Source: Candidatus Hermodarchaeum yapensis
GTDB taxonomy: Archaea > Asgardarchaeota > Hermodarchaeia > Hermodarchaeales > Hermodarchaeaceae
Reading direction: 5' to 3'
Assembly (NCBI GenBank): GCA_016840405.1
Contig: JAEOSK010000007.1
Location: 31,256 to 95,255, forward strand
DNA length: 64,000 nucleotides
Under the pieces are notes generated by a model. It worked only from the letters and a program-made list of their open reading frames with translations, was not told where the DNA came from and did no database searches. The translations under genes and the position numbers were made by a program. This document shows positions 9,862-20,342 of this stretch, piece after piece (the first letter of the stretch is position 1; every line of letters starts with the position of its first letter).

Positions 9862-10401
9862 ATGAATGAAGTTAGACCTAAACTTTGGTTAAGAGTAACG
9901 GAAATAATTCTAGGGCTTCTAGCATTAATTGCTAGCTTTTTCATCATGGTGTTTCCCGTTTTCAGTTTGGACCTCTTTATCCTCCTAATTGCTCTTGGTC
10001 TTGTAGGGTTAGGGCTAGCCCGGATCCTAAGGGGACTCTTTTCAAAAGTTCTATCGAGAATTAAACGCGAGTTTAGTATTGTTGTTGGTTTCATTTTACT
10101 CGTTGGCTCTCTGTTTATATTTCTCAATCCCTCTATCGCCACATTTCTCTCTTTCTGGATACTTGCAGCTATCTTGAGTGCCCTTGGACTAGTTCGAATA
10201 TTTATCGGAGCACTAACCAAAAACTATCCCCAAAAACTCAAATACACACTTGTAATTCTGGGGACCATAACACTACTCTTAGCTTTGATGGCTTTTGTTC
10301 TTCCCCTCACAATCGGTTACTTGGTAATCTATCTTCTTGCAATCGGATTACTAACAGCGGGAATCGGAAGAATAACTCTTGGACTCTTCGGGTTCAAATA
10401 G
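9862..10401 (+). CDS. HdeD/DUF308-like membrane protein
   Basis: Three repeated hydrophobic hairpins with G..RI..G motifs. Confidence 0.65.
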   Translation: MNEVRPKLWLRVTEIILGLLALIASFFIMVFPVFSLDLFILLIALGLVGLGLARILRGLFSKVLSRIKREFSIVVGFILLVGSLFIFLNPSIATFLSFWILAAILSALGLVRIFIGALTKNYPQKLKYTLVILGTITLLLALMAFVLPLTIGYLVIYLLAIGLLTAGIGRITLGLFGFK

Positions 10402-10512
10402 AATAATGAACTAAAATCCACAATTAGTACAGCACAAACTGCAAATAAATAACATTATTTAGGCTACTCGTTGAATTGCCTTCACTGATTTCGAACACCA
10501 GTCATTTCCATT

Positions 10513-11427
10513 ATGGTGAATGAGATGCAACCAACTGATCCATTTACAGCATTCCTTGAAGCCCTGATATTCTGGTGGCAGCTATGGGGTTGGCGGGTCA
10601 TTCCAATAATTGGGGTAATCCTTGTATGGATAATATTGATTATTACCTATGGTATACTACGACGGGTTCTGAAGAATCGGGCTAGAATTGCAGGTGTGCC
10701 TCCTGATGCCATTAATGGACTGATTTTAGCTATCGGATTTGGTCTCATTTATGTTGGTGTCATAGCTTTCATGGTTGGCTTTCCAGACATCTTTTCATAT
10801 TTCGTAGTAATATTGGGAACTAGTTCTCTCATCATTGGCGCTGCAATTGGTATTGCTGTTGGACAAGCCGTGCGGAATTTTGTTTCAGGTCTTTATGTTA
10901 TTTTTTCGAGACCTTTTCATGTCGAAGACTACGTTAAGATTGGTGATAAAGAAGGAATCGTTAAGGAAATCAGTATGAATTATACAAAACTGTTACAACC
11001 AGATGGATCCGATATTCTAGTACCGAATAGCAAGGTTCTCGATTCGGAAATTACAAATTTTATGTTTGAAAAACAAAAGCTCGCAGGCTTATTAGAAAAT
11101 ATCGAGGAAGTGGACAGAAAACAACGAAGCGTACTTCGCCAAGTGAGTAAAGTCATCGAAGTTGAGAAAATCGTACGATATGTGTTCCCAATGGCGTTTC
11201 ATACAAGTCAGGATCTACGAAAACTACGTGACGCCTTAGACCAAGTTTGCAAAAAATGGGGAACCAAATTCGGCTTCCGACCCGTTTATGAAATCACTGA
11301 AGTTGAACAATTCGCCTTTAAATACAATTTTGTCCTTTTTTCAGACAATGCAAGAAAAATACTTGAATTCAAACCTGCATTTATGGATGAAATTCTTAAT
11401 GCAATATTCATTTCTAAAAACACCTGA
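10513..11427 (+). CDS. mscS: Small-conductance mechanosensitive channel MscS family
   Basis: AIGIAVGQAVRNFVSG...RPFHVEDYVKIG..EGIV.EI...YT....DG..I.VPNS. Confidence 0.85.
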   Translation: MVNEMQPTDPFTAFLEALIFWWQLWGWRVIPIIGVILVWIILIITYGILRRVLKNRARIAGVPPDAINGLILAIGFGLIYVGVIAFMVGFPDIFSYFVVILGTSSLIIGAAIGIAVGQAVRNFVSGLYVIFSRPFHVEDYVKIGDKEGIVKEISMNYTKLLQPDGSDILVPNSKVLDSEITNFMFEKQKLAGLLENIEEVDRKQRSVLRQVSKVIEVEKIVRYVFPMAFHTSQDLRKLRDALDQVCKKWGTKFGFRPVYEITEVEQFAFKYNFVLFSDNARKILEFKPAFMDEILNAIFISKNT

Positions 11428-11509
11428 ATGCAATTTTTCAAGTAACGAAAATAAAGAACCTAAACCATAATCTGTACACAAACTAAATCACCTAATGATG
11501 GTGGATTAG

Positions 11510-12568
11510 ATGTCAAGGTTATTCCAAAAAAAATCTAAAAAATCCGGTCTTCCTCCAGGAACTCCTGCATACGTTGGTGAAAAGAAGCCTACGGAGACGC
11601 GAATCACGATCATTGAGTATGACAAAGAAAACCTCCATGAAAAAGAAGTCAAAACAATTGAGGAATGTCTTGAGGCTAAAGAGAGTTCGTTGGTAACATG
11701 GATAAGAATTACCGGTCTAAAGCAAATACCGCTTTTAGAGCATTTAGGAAAAGAATTCAAAATTCATCCTCTAGTGATTGAAGATATACTGAACACAACT
11801 CAACGACCAAAAATTGAAGATTATAAAGCTTATCTCTTCATAGTCGTAAAAAACGTTGATTTCACTTCAAAAGAGATTGAATCGAATCAAGTAAGCATCA
11901 TTTTAGGACCAAATTTTGTTATTTCAATTCAAGAGAATCAAGAAACAATTCTCCAACCTATCATAGATAGAATTCGGAATAATCGGGGAATCATTCGACA
12001 AATGAAAAACGACTTTTTAGCTTATGCAATATTAGACGCTGTTTTAGATAACTACTTTACTGCAATCGAAAAATTAAGTGATAAAATTGAGGTAGTAGAA
12101 GACGAATTAATCAGTAATCCCGTACAAGATACTCTACACGAAATTTATCATTTAAAACAAAACCTAATTGTTCTTCGCAAATCAATTTGGCCTTTTAGAG
12201 AAGTCGTCAGTCGGATGGAACGAGGTCGCTACACCTTGATTGATGAGAAACTCCTCATCTACATTCGCGACATCTACGATCATTCTATTCAAGTAATGGA
12301 AACCGTAGAAACCTATCGTGATATGCTATCCGGTATGCTTGATATCTATCTATCTAGTGTCAGTAATCGAATGAACGAGGTCATGAAGGTTCTCACAATC
12401 ATTGCCACTATCTTCATTCCACTGACCTTGATTGTAGGAATATATGGAATGAATTTTAGATTTATGCCCGAACTTGAAATACCCATTGCCTACCCTCTTG
12501 TCTGGCTATCTATGATAATTGTAGGATCAGTTTTAGTTGTGTTTTTCAAACGAAAGAGATGGATCTGA
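11510..12568 (+). CDS. corA: Magnesium/cobalt transporter CorA
   Basis: GLPPGT, HPLVIEDI....QRPKIE, PLTLIVGIYGMNF..MPEL signature. Confidence 0.97.
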   Translation: MSRLFQKKSKKSGLPPGTPAYVGEKKPTETRITIIEYDKENLHEKEVKTIEECLEAKESSLVTWIRITGLKQIPLLEHLGKEFKIHPLVIEDILNTTQRPKIEDYKAYLFIVVKNVDFTSKEIESNQVSIILGPNFVISIQENQETILQPIIDRIRNNRGIIRQMKNDFLAYAILDAVLDNYFTAIEKLSDKIEVVEDELISNPVQDTLHEIYHLKQNLIVLRKSIWPFREVVSRMERGRYTLIDEKLLIYIRDIYDHSIQVMETVETYRDMLSGMLDIYLSSVSNRMNEVMKVLTIIATIFIPLTLIVGIYGMNFRFMPELEIPIAYPLVWLSMIIVGSVLVVFFKRKRWI

Positions 12569-12730
12569 AGTTTTTAATTTCAAATAATTGAACTCGTCAG
12601 TACTTCGGAGATCTTCTAAATTTCAAAGAAGATTATCACAACATATTCAATACAATATAGAAAACATAATCAAATTTTGTTCATGCAGAATCGACTAATT
12701 GTTGACATAATTATATGACTTCATACGATT

Positions 12731-13006
12731 TCAAGTTACGACTCGTTGCTCGGCTAATTCTTTTAATCGCACTAGCCCCAAATTGATCTTGTCTTTCAAT
12801 TCTGCGACATCCTTTTCTTCAGCTTCTTTTTTATCAAAGAGCACTACTACTGAAAGCTGAAGCTTTCTTAACGAAAGAAATATCTGATAACTCATTTGAT
12901 GTTGTTCAGGGATGTCAATCGAATAAGTTACCGGCCAATCCCATTCTTTTGTAGTTTGCTTAATGAATTGCTTAATCCAAAAGGAAAGTTCATTTTCTAA
13001 TGTCAT
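12731..13006 (-). CDS. Hypothetical protein
   Basis: 91-aa ATG ORF filling an intergenic gap, protein-like composition. Confidence 0.55.
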   Translation of the reverse strand: MTLENELSFWIKQFIKQTTKEWDWPVTYSIDIPEQHQMSYQIFLSLRKLQLSVVVLFDKKEAEEKDVAELKDKINLGLVRLKELAEQRVVT

Positions 13007-13331
13007 TTTGCTTCCTTAAATTTTTTTTTCGAGGAAATAAAAATACTATGGAACTCTTTTATTGACTCCACCTTTTATATTCTGTTCCATATATTTCTGT
13101 TTAGTTCGTTGGTTTGGAGACGCGTATAGAATTTGTCTAAGTGGCCATAGTCGATTTTTGGATTAGCTGTTCTTTGTTTGTCTTAGATCTGCGTCATGAA
13201 GAATGGTAACACACCCAGGGATTTGAGTTCGGTTAAAGTCGGAATGAAGGTTTATGGTGTCCTCTACTTTTGGTGCTACATTCCTTTGAATGAATGCTCT
13301 CAAGATGCAATTCTAATATTCATCTATTGAT

Positions 13332-13712
13332 TTATTCAATACCTAATCGGGATGTTATTTTGACTAAGATGAAGATGACAAACGCCACTACGAGAAATGT
13401 GATTAGCTCTTGGATGAATAGAGTTGGAGTGAAGGTTGCAATTGGAGGCGCTTCCCATCCAATTGAAACGAATAGCACTGATAGAATCGGTGTTATGAAA
13501 CTGGCAACTAACTGGGATACAAGTCGTCCAAGGTAAAGAGCCATAATAAACGCAACAGCGAGACCCATTACCTTGTATTCTTTGAGAAAGTCTTTGAACT
13601 CTTGCCACAAACCTCTCTTTTCGGGTGGTGGTGGAGGCGGAGCTGGTTCAATGGCTTCTCTAATTCGCTTTAATTCTTCTAACATTTGATCTTCTTTTGA
13701 CATTTCCATCAA
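13332..13712 (-). CDS. mscL: Large-conductance mechanosensitive channel MscL family (permuted)
   Basis: EFKDFL..YKVMGLAVAFIM (S1/TM1), FI..LITFLVVAFVIFILVK (TM2). Confidence 0.85.
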   Translation of the reverse strand: MMEMSKEDQMLEELKRIREAIEPAPPPPPPEKRGLWQEFKDFLKEYKVMGLAVAFIMALYLGRLVSQLVASFITPILSVLFVSIGWEAPPIATFTPTLFIQELITFLVVAFVIFILVKITSRLGIE

Positions 13713-13861
13713 TTCCTAGCGAATTTGAATACTCTTGTTCTCCGTATTTATAATGTTAAATAAGTTCAATCAAACCGTTGAATGTGGGCTTAACCTTGAA
13801 GGGGGGAAAAGGATTTTACACTTCTATTACTTACTACTGACGCGTTACTCTTATTTGGTGA

Positions 13862-14545
<684 letters not shown>

Positions 14546-14563
14546 ATGAAAAATCTGAACGAT

Positions 14564-14845
14564 TCATTTGGATTTGCGTTGTCGCTCATCAATTTCTTTG
14601 TAGAGTTTTAATTTCGTCTCGCGGTGGTGTTTGACAGCCAGTGTGAGATCTTGGATGAGGTTGGTCATTTCCGTGTCACTTAATTTGATGGTTTGAGCGT
14701 TTCCTTCACCGTCTGCGACGCGCACAAAGAATCCACCTTCTTTTATGTAGCGATCTTTTTTTGTTTCGGGTGGAAAACCATCAACAGTAAGAACTGATGA
14801 AATCTTTTGCTCGAAGAAATGAACTATCTCTGCTACTTTAGTCAA
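14564..14845 (-). CDS. Hypothetical protein
   Basis: 93-aa ORF between tpiA and the DUF47 gene. Confidence 0.6.
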   Translation of the reverse strand: MTKVAEIVHFFEQKISSVLTVDGFPPETKKDRYIKEGGFFVRVADGEGNAQTIKLSDTEMTNLIQDLTLAVKHHRETKLKLYKEIDERQRKSK

Positions 14846-15054
14846 GATTTAGTCACCGATGGCTTATCTACTAAGACCCCCTATAAAGCACTCTCTTTAA
14901 CGTGAATACTGTATTTTTACTCTCATCTATTCACTTAGTTTTTTGCTTCGACATGCTTTTATGGATGTCAATATCTTCTCCCTAAGCAAACACGTGTTCT
15001 CTTGTGGGAGAACCGTTCAAGTATCGAAAAACAACATGTCTTATCGAGGAATGA

Positions 15055-15732
15055 TTGATGCCTAGAAATCCAAAGCCAGACATATTCCTTGGCTTTCGTG
15101 CGGAAGAAAAAGTCATGGAATTAGGTCAAAAACATGCTGCGAATGTCTCTTTAATCTTAAGCAAACTCCAACAGGCCATAGCCTTCAAATTAAATGGAAA
15201 TACCAAGAGCTGTAAAAAAAATGTCCAAGAAATTTCTCAGCTAGAAAATGACGCTGATCAACTACGTCGTACAATGTTACGCGATTTAACAACAAGTGCT
15301 CTTGAAGCTGCTGATAGGGAGAGCCTGGTTCGGTTTGCCAAAGCCTTAGATAGGGTAGCTGACTGGGCTAATGACGCCGCAAGAATCTTAGCACTTGTTC
15401 CACTAGCGGACATCAGCCAGGAGTTCAAATCCCTTTTTACGGAAATCACCCAATTACTTGTGAATATGGGTAATTACCTACAAGAAGCAACTAACGCGAT
15501 TGTTGATGACTTGGATAAAGCAAAGATGTTAGGGGACAAAATTGAAGCCGCTGAAAAGGTAATCGACGAAGTCTATACCAAAGGTTTGGGCTTCCTACTC
15601 GAACTGGGTTCGACCCACTCCGCAGCTGTGGTAGTGCTAGTGCGGGACTTATTACACAACCTTGAGAATACAGCTGATACGGCTGAAGATGCCGTGGATC
15701 AACTTCGCATTATAATACTACGTCATTCCTAA
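15055..15732 (+). CDS. DUF47 / PhoU-like phosphate transport regulator
   Basis: Duplicated helical bundle: LENDAD..RR, DRVAD, E...D, LENTAD.AEDA.D. Confidence 0.85.
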   Translation: MMPRNPKPDIFLGFRAEEKVMELGQKHAANVSLILSKLQQAIAFKLNGNTKSCKKNVQEISQLENDADQLRRTMLRDLTTSALEAADRESLVRFAKALDRVADWANDAARILALVPLADISQEFKSLFTEITQLLVNMGNYLQEATNAIVDDLDKAKMLGDKIEAAEKVIDEVYTKGLGFLLELGSTHSAAVVVLVRDLLHNLENTADTAEDAVDQLRIIILRHS

Positions 15733-15903
15733 TTCCAATGCGTTTGAATGGACTATGATAGAAGATTTACTCCGGAAATGCTACTTCTTTGGGCATTGAA
15801 TTTTCCGCTCTTATGTACCACCTAGGCTTTATACTTCGACAATCTTTTATGGGCTCCCTCGTCTTCAGGTAACGAAACTTCGCGTTGTGATCTTGGTCGA
15901 TGT

Positions 15904-16452
15904 GTGACTCTGAGGGGTAATGAACAAGACCGCGAAGAAGTCGTGGCTACGGAGATAATTAAATTGCGATGGTTTAGACGAAAAAGTAAGGACGAGGCCG
16001 AAACTACAGTAGAAAAATCCACTAGCAGAGTGGAATTACCTGAAAGCTCTCTGGAATCGATAATTAATCCTTTACATTCCTTTGAAAAACGATTGGATGA
16101 GATGTTTGAAGATCCAGCTGTCGTAGCGAAAACAAAAGCCTTGCAGGATACTCGAATCCAACTAATTGTGGGTGGAGAAGCGCTTCTCCTCAGTAAGACT
16201 GGCGTAAAACCCCTAACACTTTCTATTGAACGCAGTACTCAAGTTGATGTATTCATTCGTATCTCAGAAGAAGCAGCAGGGGAACTGGCTACCACCACAA
16301 CACTTCCTGAATTCAAACAATTGTACAAACAACTGGTTAGTGCCAAGGGAGCTGCTTCCTACATCTCCATTAAACTGCACACACCTTTAGATGAACTTCG
16401 TCGGAAGGGTTACTTCACTATAGAACTGCTTCGAATCCTAATCGATGCCTAA
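15904..16452 (+). CDS. Hypothetical protein (possibly SCP2-like fold)
   Basis: 182-aa ORF; start uncertain. Confidence 0.6.
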   Translation: MTLRGNEQDREEVVATEIIKLRWFRRKSKDEAETTVEKSTSRVELPESSLESIINPLHSFEKRLDEMFEDPAVVAKTKALQDTRIQLIVGGEALLLSKTGVKPLTLSIERSTQVDVFIRISEEAAGELATTTTLPEFKQLYKQLVSAKGAASYISIKLHTPLDELRRKGYFTIELLRILIDA

Positions 16453-16460
16453 GCATCTAT

Positions 16461-16850
16461 TTACAGAATCAACCATTGGGCAACGGCTCTTGTCAAGACA
16501 GTTGCTTGATCATCACATTCAATTTTTGATAGTGGCATATACAACGCCTTAGGAAAATCAAGGCTCAGTGTGTTGTTGACAGGAACTACTCTGATAATTG
16601 CCGGAATCTTTTTTGAGTGTGAACCAGAGATCGGCATGTTTGTCAGGTATAGCGTTTGTAGAGGAAACTCGCTGAGACCCATCTTCTCAATGAGGTCCTG
16701 AATACTTTGAACTGCTTTTTCTTCTGGGGCAATCACAAGACCAGGAAGTTCCAGCTCTCCATCCTCATTTTCTCTAACAAGCATCTTCTTATTTCTAACG
16801 ACAATTGTCATAGCCGTTGCAAGGAGAGGAGTAGCAGGCATATTCCACAC
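16461..16850 (-). CDS. Degenerate Nudix-fold protein
   Basis: IVVRNKKMLV...LELPG.VI.PEE resembles the Nudix N-terminal half; REUXEE box not conserved. Confidence 0.5.
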   Translation of the reverse strand: MWNMPATPLLATAMTIVVRNKKMLVRENEDGELELPGLVIAPEEKAVQSIQDLIEKMGLSEFPLQTLYLTNMPISGSHSKKIPAIIRVVPVNNTLSLDFPKALYMPLSKIECDDQATVLTRAVAQWLIL

Positions 16851-16953
16851 TTTCTGAATCTGTATAAGGTTGGTATCAGTTAACTAGGAGAAGTAATGAG
16901 TTTTTAATACTCCTCTTAGAATCAGGGTATTTGATTGATTTGTTGGTGTTCAT

Positions 16954-17505
16954 GTGACTGAGCCATCCTCCCCTTCACGTAGAAAACGGTTAGTTCATAC
17001 TCTTCATCTGCTCATTAGTCACCACGAACCACCATATATGAATCGAACTTGGAGTATCTCTTTTCGAGGTCGCACCCTTCATATTTGTACTAGGTGTTCA
17101 GCGCTTTTGGTGGGTATCGTAGCTGGACTTTTCATCCATCTGTATATTTTCCTAATTCCCATGAATCCCCTCACTTTCTTTGGTGCGTTTCTTCTCAGTA
17201 TTCCCGCCGTCATAGACTGGTCGACCCAAACACTCGAACTGCGAGAAAGCCGCAATTTCATCCGCGCCATCTCTGGTTTCCTATTGGGATATGCGGTGGG
17301 CTTGGTTCTCGCTTCTAACGATGTCATTTACTGGATTCTCGTCGCTGTGCTGTACAGTGGGTATACAATCATTTTTGGCACCCTTGCCCCCCGAATCATC
17401 CAAAGACGCGAAAAACGTGAATCACCCCAACAAGACATTCCACCTCTACTTCCGCCAGCTTCATCCACTCGTAGAACTACTCATGCTGGGCGTGACGAAG
17501 AGTAG
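16954..17505 (+). CDS. DUF2085-family membrane protein
   Basis: SHH...R, ICTRC, P..IDW.TQ....RES.N..R.ISG. Confidence 0.8.
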   Translation: MTEPSSPSRRKRLVHTLHLLISHHEPPYMNRTWSISFRGRTLHICTRCSALLVGIVAGLFIHLYIFLIPMNPLTFFGAFLLSIPAVIDWSTQTLELRESRNFIRAISGFLLGYAVGLVLASNDVIYWILVAVLYSGYTIIFGTLAPRIIQRREKRESPQQDIPPLLPPASSTRRTTHAGRDEE

Positions 17506-17568
17506 GTTTTATAAGGCGCATTCTAGTGTTAAGGGCATCACTCTCCTGGTTGGAGGGACCTAGATACA

Positions 17569-17898
17569 ATGTCTGAAGCAAAGCCTGAAACCACGGATGA
17601 AAAAACGTTCATCACTATTGATGCGATAGATCTAGTTAAACACGGGTCTGAACTTGGAGCTGCGCTCGCTAACTTTCTCGGAGAAAAACTCGACAAGGAT
17701 ATTCAGGTTTCTTTGGCTGAAAATGAAGTATACGTTCGTAGTGACAAACCAGCTCATCCTTCAAAGACTCAACTTCGCGTTTACTTGAAGCGATTCCTCC
17801 ACCTGAACGCGTTACGAGAGGATCTAAAACTCATTTCTCCTGGCAAAGACAAATTTGCAATCATCGAGTACGTCACAGTTGTATATGTGGAAGAATAG
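17569..17898 (+). CDS. rpl22e: Ribosomal protein eL22 (L22e)-like
   Basis: SK.QLRVYLKRFLH...LREDLKLIS..K..F.I resembles eL22 C-terminal SKRYLKYLTKKYLK..LRDWLRVV; NFL.EKL; acidic tail. Confidence 0.75.
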   Translation: MSEAKPETTDEKTFITIDAIDLVKHGSELGAALANFLGEKLDKDIQVSLAENEVYVRSDKPAHPSKTQLRVYLKRFLHLNALREDLKLISPGKDKFAIIEYVTVVYVEE

Positions 17899-18273
17899 AA
17901 CCTTCTTGGCAACTATTTTCGACATCTACGTGATTTTTTCCCGAAATTTTCTGAGTCGCTACTCTCTTTTGCCACAAGGTTTAAGAATACAAAGCCGACT
18001 AAAACCTCGTATAACCGAATTGGCGGAGATAGGACACTGGGGCACACGGAACTCCCTCCTTTCCCAATATTTCCATCTCCCCTCCTCCTCGCAAAAATTA
18101 AGCTTTTCCAAACCCCAGGTCCCTCCATCGCCTTCGCAAAACATGCTCATCGCGCGGATATCCCTCTCTTGCTATGATGTGTCATTGTTTTGTAGACGGG
18201 GCTAAGGGCTAAATAACTTAAACCTTAAGGCTTAAGACTCCTCATTCAAGCGTTTAACTAGCGGGGTCACATA

Positions 18274-18792
18274 ATGCGGCATCTAAAGATCTTAGTAATT
18301 GGTCATCAAGGCGTTGGAAAAACGACCCTCATAAAGAGTGTTACAAAGAACACTATTTCCACTGATGTTAACGGTCGCACGGTTTGCCTTGATTTTGGTA
18401 CCCTTGAATATCGTGACCTCAAAGCCCATCTTTTTGGGAGTCCCGGTATGCGGCAGTTCAATCTGGTCAGAAAGGCTTTGTCTTCAGGTTCTGATGGAGT
18501 CATTTTGGTTGTTGATAGCACTGACCCTGGATCCATTCGCGAGGGTGAAAGGTACCTGCGCGAGCTCTTTGGCGTTGATCCTCCTCCCTTAGTGGTTGCC
18601 GCTAATAAGCAAGATTTACCTGGGGCGATTCATCCGAAAAAAATCGAAAATATCCTCAATGTTCCTGCTCCCGTATTTCCCACACAGGCTCATCGTGGTA
18701 TTGGACTTGACCCTCTTATCATCAATTTCATTCGATACCTCGGTGAGATTGGCAAGGGCTTGAATCTCCCTACTCTTATTGAAAAAGCATAA
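18274..18792 (+). CDS. Small GTPase (MglA/Arf/Ras-like)
   Basis: G1 GHQGVGKTT, G2 TVCLDFG, G3 variant FGSPG, G4 NKQD. Confidence 0.9.
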   Translation: MRHLKILVIGHQGVGKTTLIKSVTKNTISTDVNGRTVCLDFGTLEYRDLKAHLFGSPGMRQFNLVRKALSSGSDGVILVVDSTDPGSIREGERYLRELFGVDPPPLVVAANKQDLPGAIHPKKIENILNVPAPVFPTQAHRGIGLDPLIINFIRYLGEIGKGLNLPTLIEKA

Positions 18793-18900
18793 TCCAACGG
18801 TAAACTTAGGATACAACAAGGTTCATTTCCTTTCTTGCGGAATTTGCACAATGCTTTTTAACGAGAGATTATCTGTTGCTTCAATCCGGAGGATAGTCCA

Positions 18901-19218
18901 ATGGTCGAAGAGTTAACTGATGACACGATTGAAGATTTTATCAAAGAACACGAGGTTGTCATCCTCGACATCTACACCGTTTGGTGTGGACCCTGTAAGA
19001 TGCAGGCAGCGATTCTTGCTGATTTAGGGAAAGGGTTGGATGCAAAGCGTGTTGTAATCGCCAAGCTTGATGCAGATCAAGCTCCTATAACTTCACAAAA
19101 ATATCAGATTCGTGCCATACCAACCCTAATTCTGTTCAAGGATGGAAATCCAGTCAAAACACATGTTGGTGTCTGGCCACGGGAAGAAATCGAAAACGAA
19201 CTCGCTGCAATACTTTAG
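18901..19218 (+). CDS. trxA: Thioredoxin
   Basis: WCGPC active site, IPTLILFKDG. Confidence 0.95.
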   Translation: MVEELTDDTIEDFIKEHEVVILDIYTVWCGPCKMQAAILADLGKGLDAKRVVIAKLDADQAPITSQKYQIRAIPTLILFKDGNPVKTHVGVWPREEIENELAAIL

Positions 19219-19362
19219 GTTCCTGAATTCTAAACGGTTCAATCCAATCCAGTCCAGCTTGATTATATTCATCAGGCAGACAGCAAAACAGCTAGTCACT
19301 CTATTCCAATCTACCTGACATCACAATTCCTTTTTGTGACGTATGGAAAGAAGAGCTAACCT

Positions 19363-20160
19363 CTAGAAGAAGAACGTCCGCCTTTTCGGCTTATCCTCAT
19401 CATCTTCAGTTGCTTCAGGCTCTGCTGGAGTCGTTGCCACTGGGGTTGGTTCAGGTACAGCGGCTGGTTCCGGAGGAGGTACTGGATCAGGAGCTGGCTC
19501 AGGTGTTGGTTCGAAAGTAGGTGCTGGTTCAGCTGGAACTTCAAATTCGGGAGCTGGTTCGAAGCTAGGCGCTGGTTCTGGTTCAATTTCAAGTGGAAGT
19601 TCAGGTTCAAGTGTTGGTTCTAGTTCCGGAGTTACTGGCTCTTCAGGTGCAAGAAACACATCGGGGGCAGGTGGGGCTTCGATGGGTTCAGGTTCCGGAA
19701 TAGGTTCAGGTTCAGGGATGGGTTCAGGTACTGGCTCTGGAACTTCCGCAGGTTCGGGAACCGGAGGAACAGGCGGAGGTGTAGCTTCTGGTTCAGGCTC
19801 AGGAATAGGTTCTGGCTCGGGTTCAGGTTCAAGGGTGGGTTCGAACTCAGGGAGAGGCTCGGGTTCAGGTTCGGCTTCAGGCTGAGATTCGATTTCTTGG
19901 AGACCTGGAAGGATATCTTCAACAGCAGCTTCATCTTCGCCGAAGGTTACACCAAGAATTTCCTTAAGGCACGGTGCACATTTCTGACGCACGGCTTCAA
20001 GGGCTTCAGTAACGAAAGTTTCGATTGTGCGATCCTCGCTAGGATTCTTTTCTTTCCAGAATAGGAACGTTTGTGTCATACGTAGAGCATCACGTACGCC
20101 GTTCCAATACATTTGTCCAAATTCTTCCTGTGACATTTCGTAGTTACACCTTTCCCACAA
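19363..20160 (-). CDS. Protein with small N-terminal CxxC domain and long Pro-Glu repeat tail
   Basis: Globular ~70 aa ([11 protein letters not shown]...CAPC), then (PE)n/PEPIPE repeats; likely start MSQEEF. Confidence 0.8.
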   Translation of the reverse strand: MWERCNYEMSQEEFGQMYWNGVRDALRMTQTFLFWKEKNPSEDRTIETFVTEALEAVRQKCAPCLKEILGVTFGEDEAAVEDILPGLQEIESQPEAEPEPEPLPEFEPTLEPEPEPEPIPEPEPEATPPPVPPVPEPAEVPEPVPEPIPEPEPIPEPEPIEAPPAPDVFLAPEEPVTPELEPTLEPELPLEIEPEPAPSFEPAPEFEVPAEPAPTFEPTPEPAPDPVPPPEPAAVPEPTPVATTPAEPEATEDDEDKPKRRTFFF

Positions 20161-20342
20161 ATATGGAAGCGTAATAACTTCTCTGCACTTTTGTGCGGTA
20201 TTTAACCACTCGCACGTATTGCTTAAAATGTTTCGTCACCCTAGCACCCCTAGTATGCCCTTTTTGAGAAAGGCATAAAGCAGGAAATGGCTCCAACAGC
20301 CTATGGTTAGGTGTTCAATTTCGTCATTGGTGTTGGTCCTAA

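Noticed and set aside
17900-18270. Short overlapping ORFs or an ncRNA in the purine/pyrimidine-skewed gap after rpl22e
   Set aside because: Three mutually overlapping ORFs with no motifs, and no convincing structure or C/D box pair
19420-19890. CRISPR-like or tandem DNA repeat, and the Gly/Ser-rich plus-strand ORF 19682-19885
   Set aside because: The repeats are Pro-Glu codons of the minus-strand gene; there is no repeat-spacer structure
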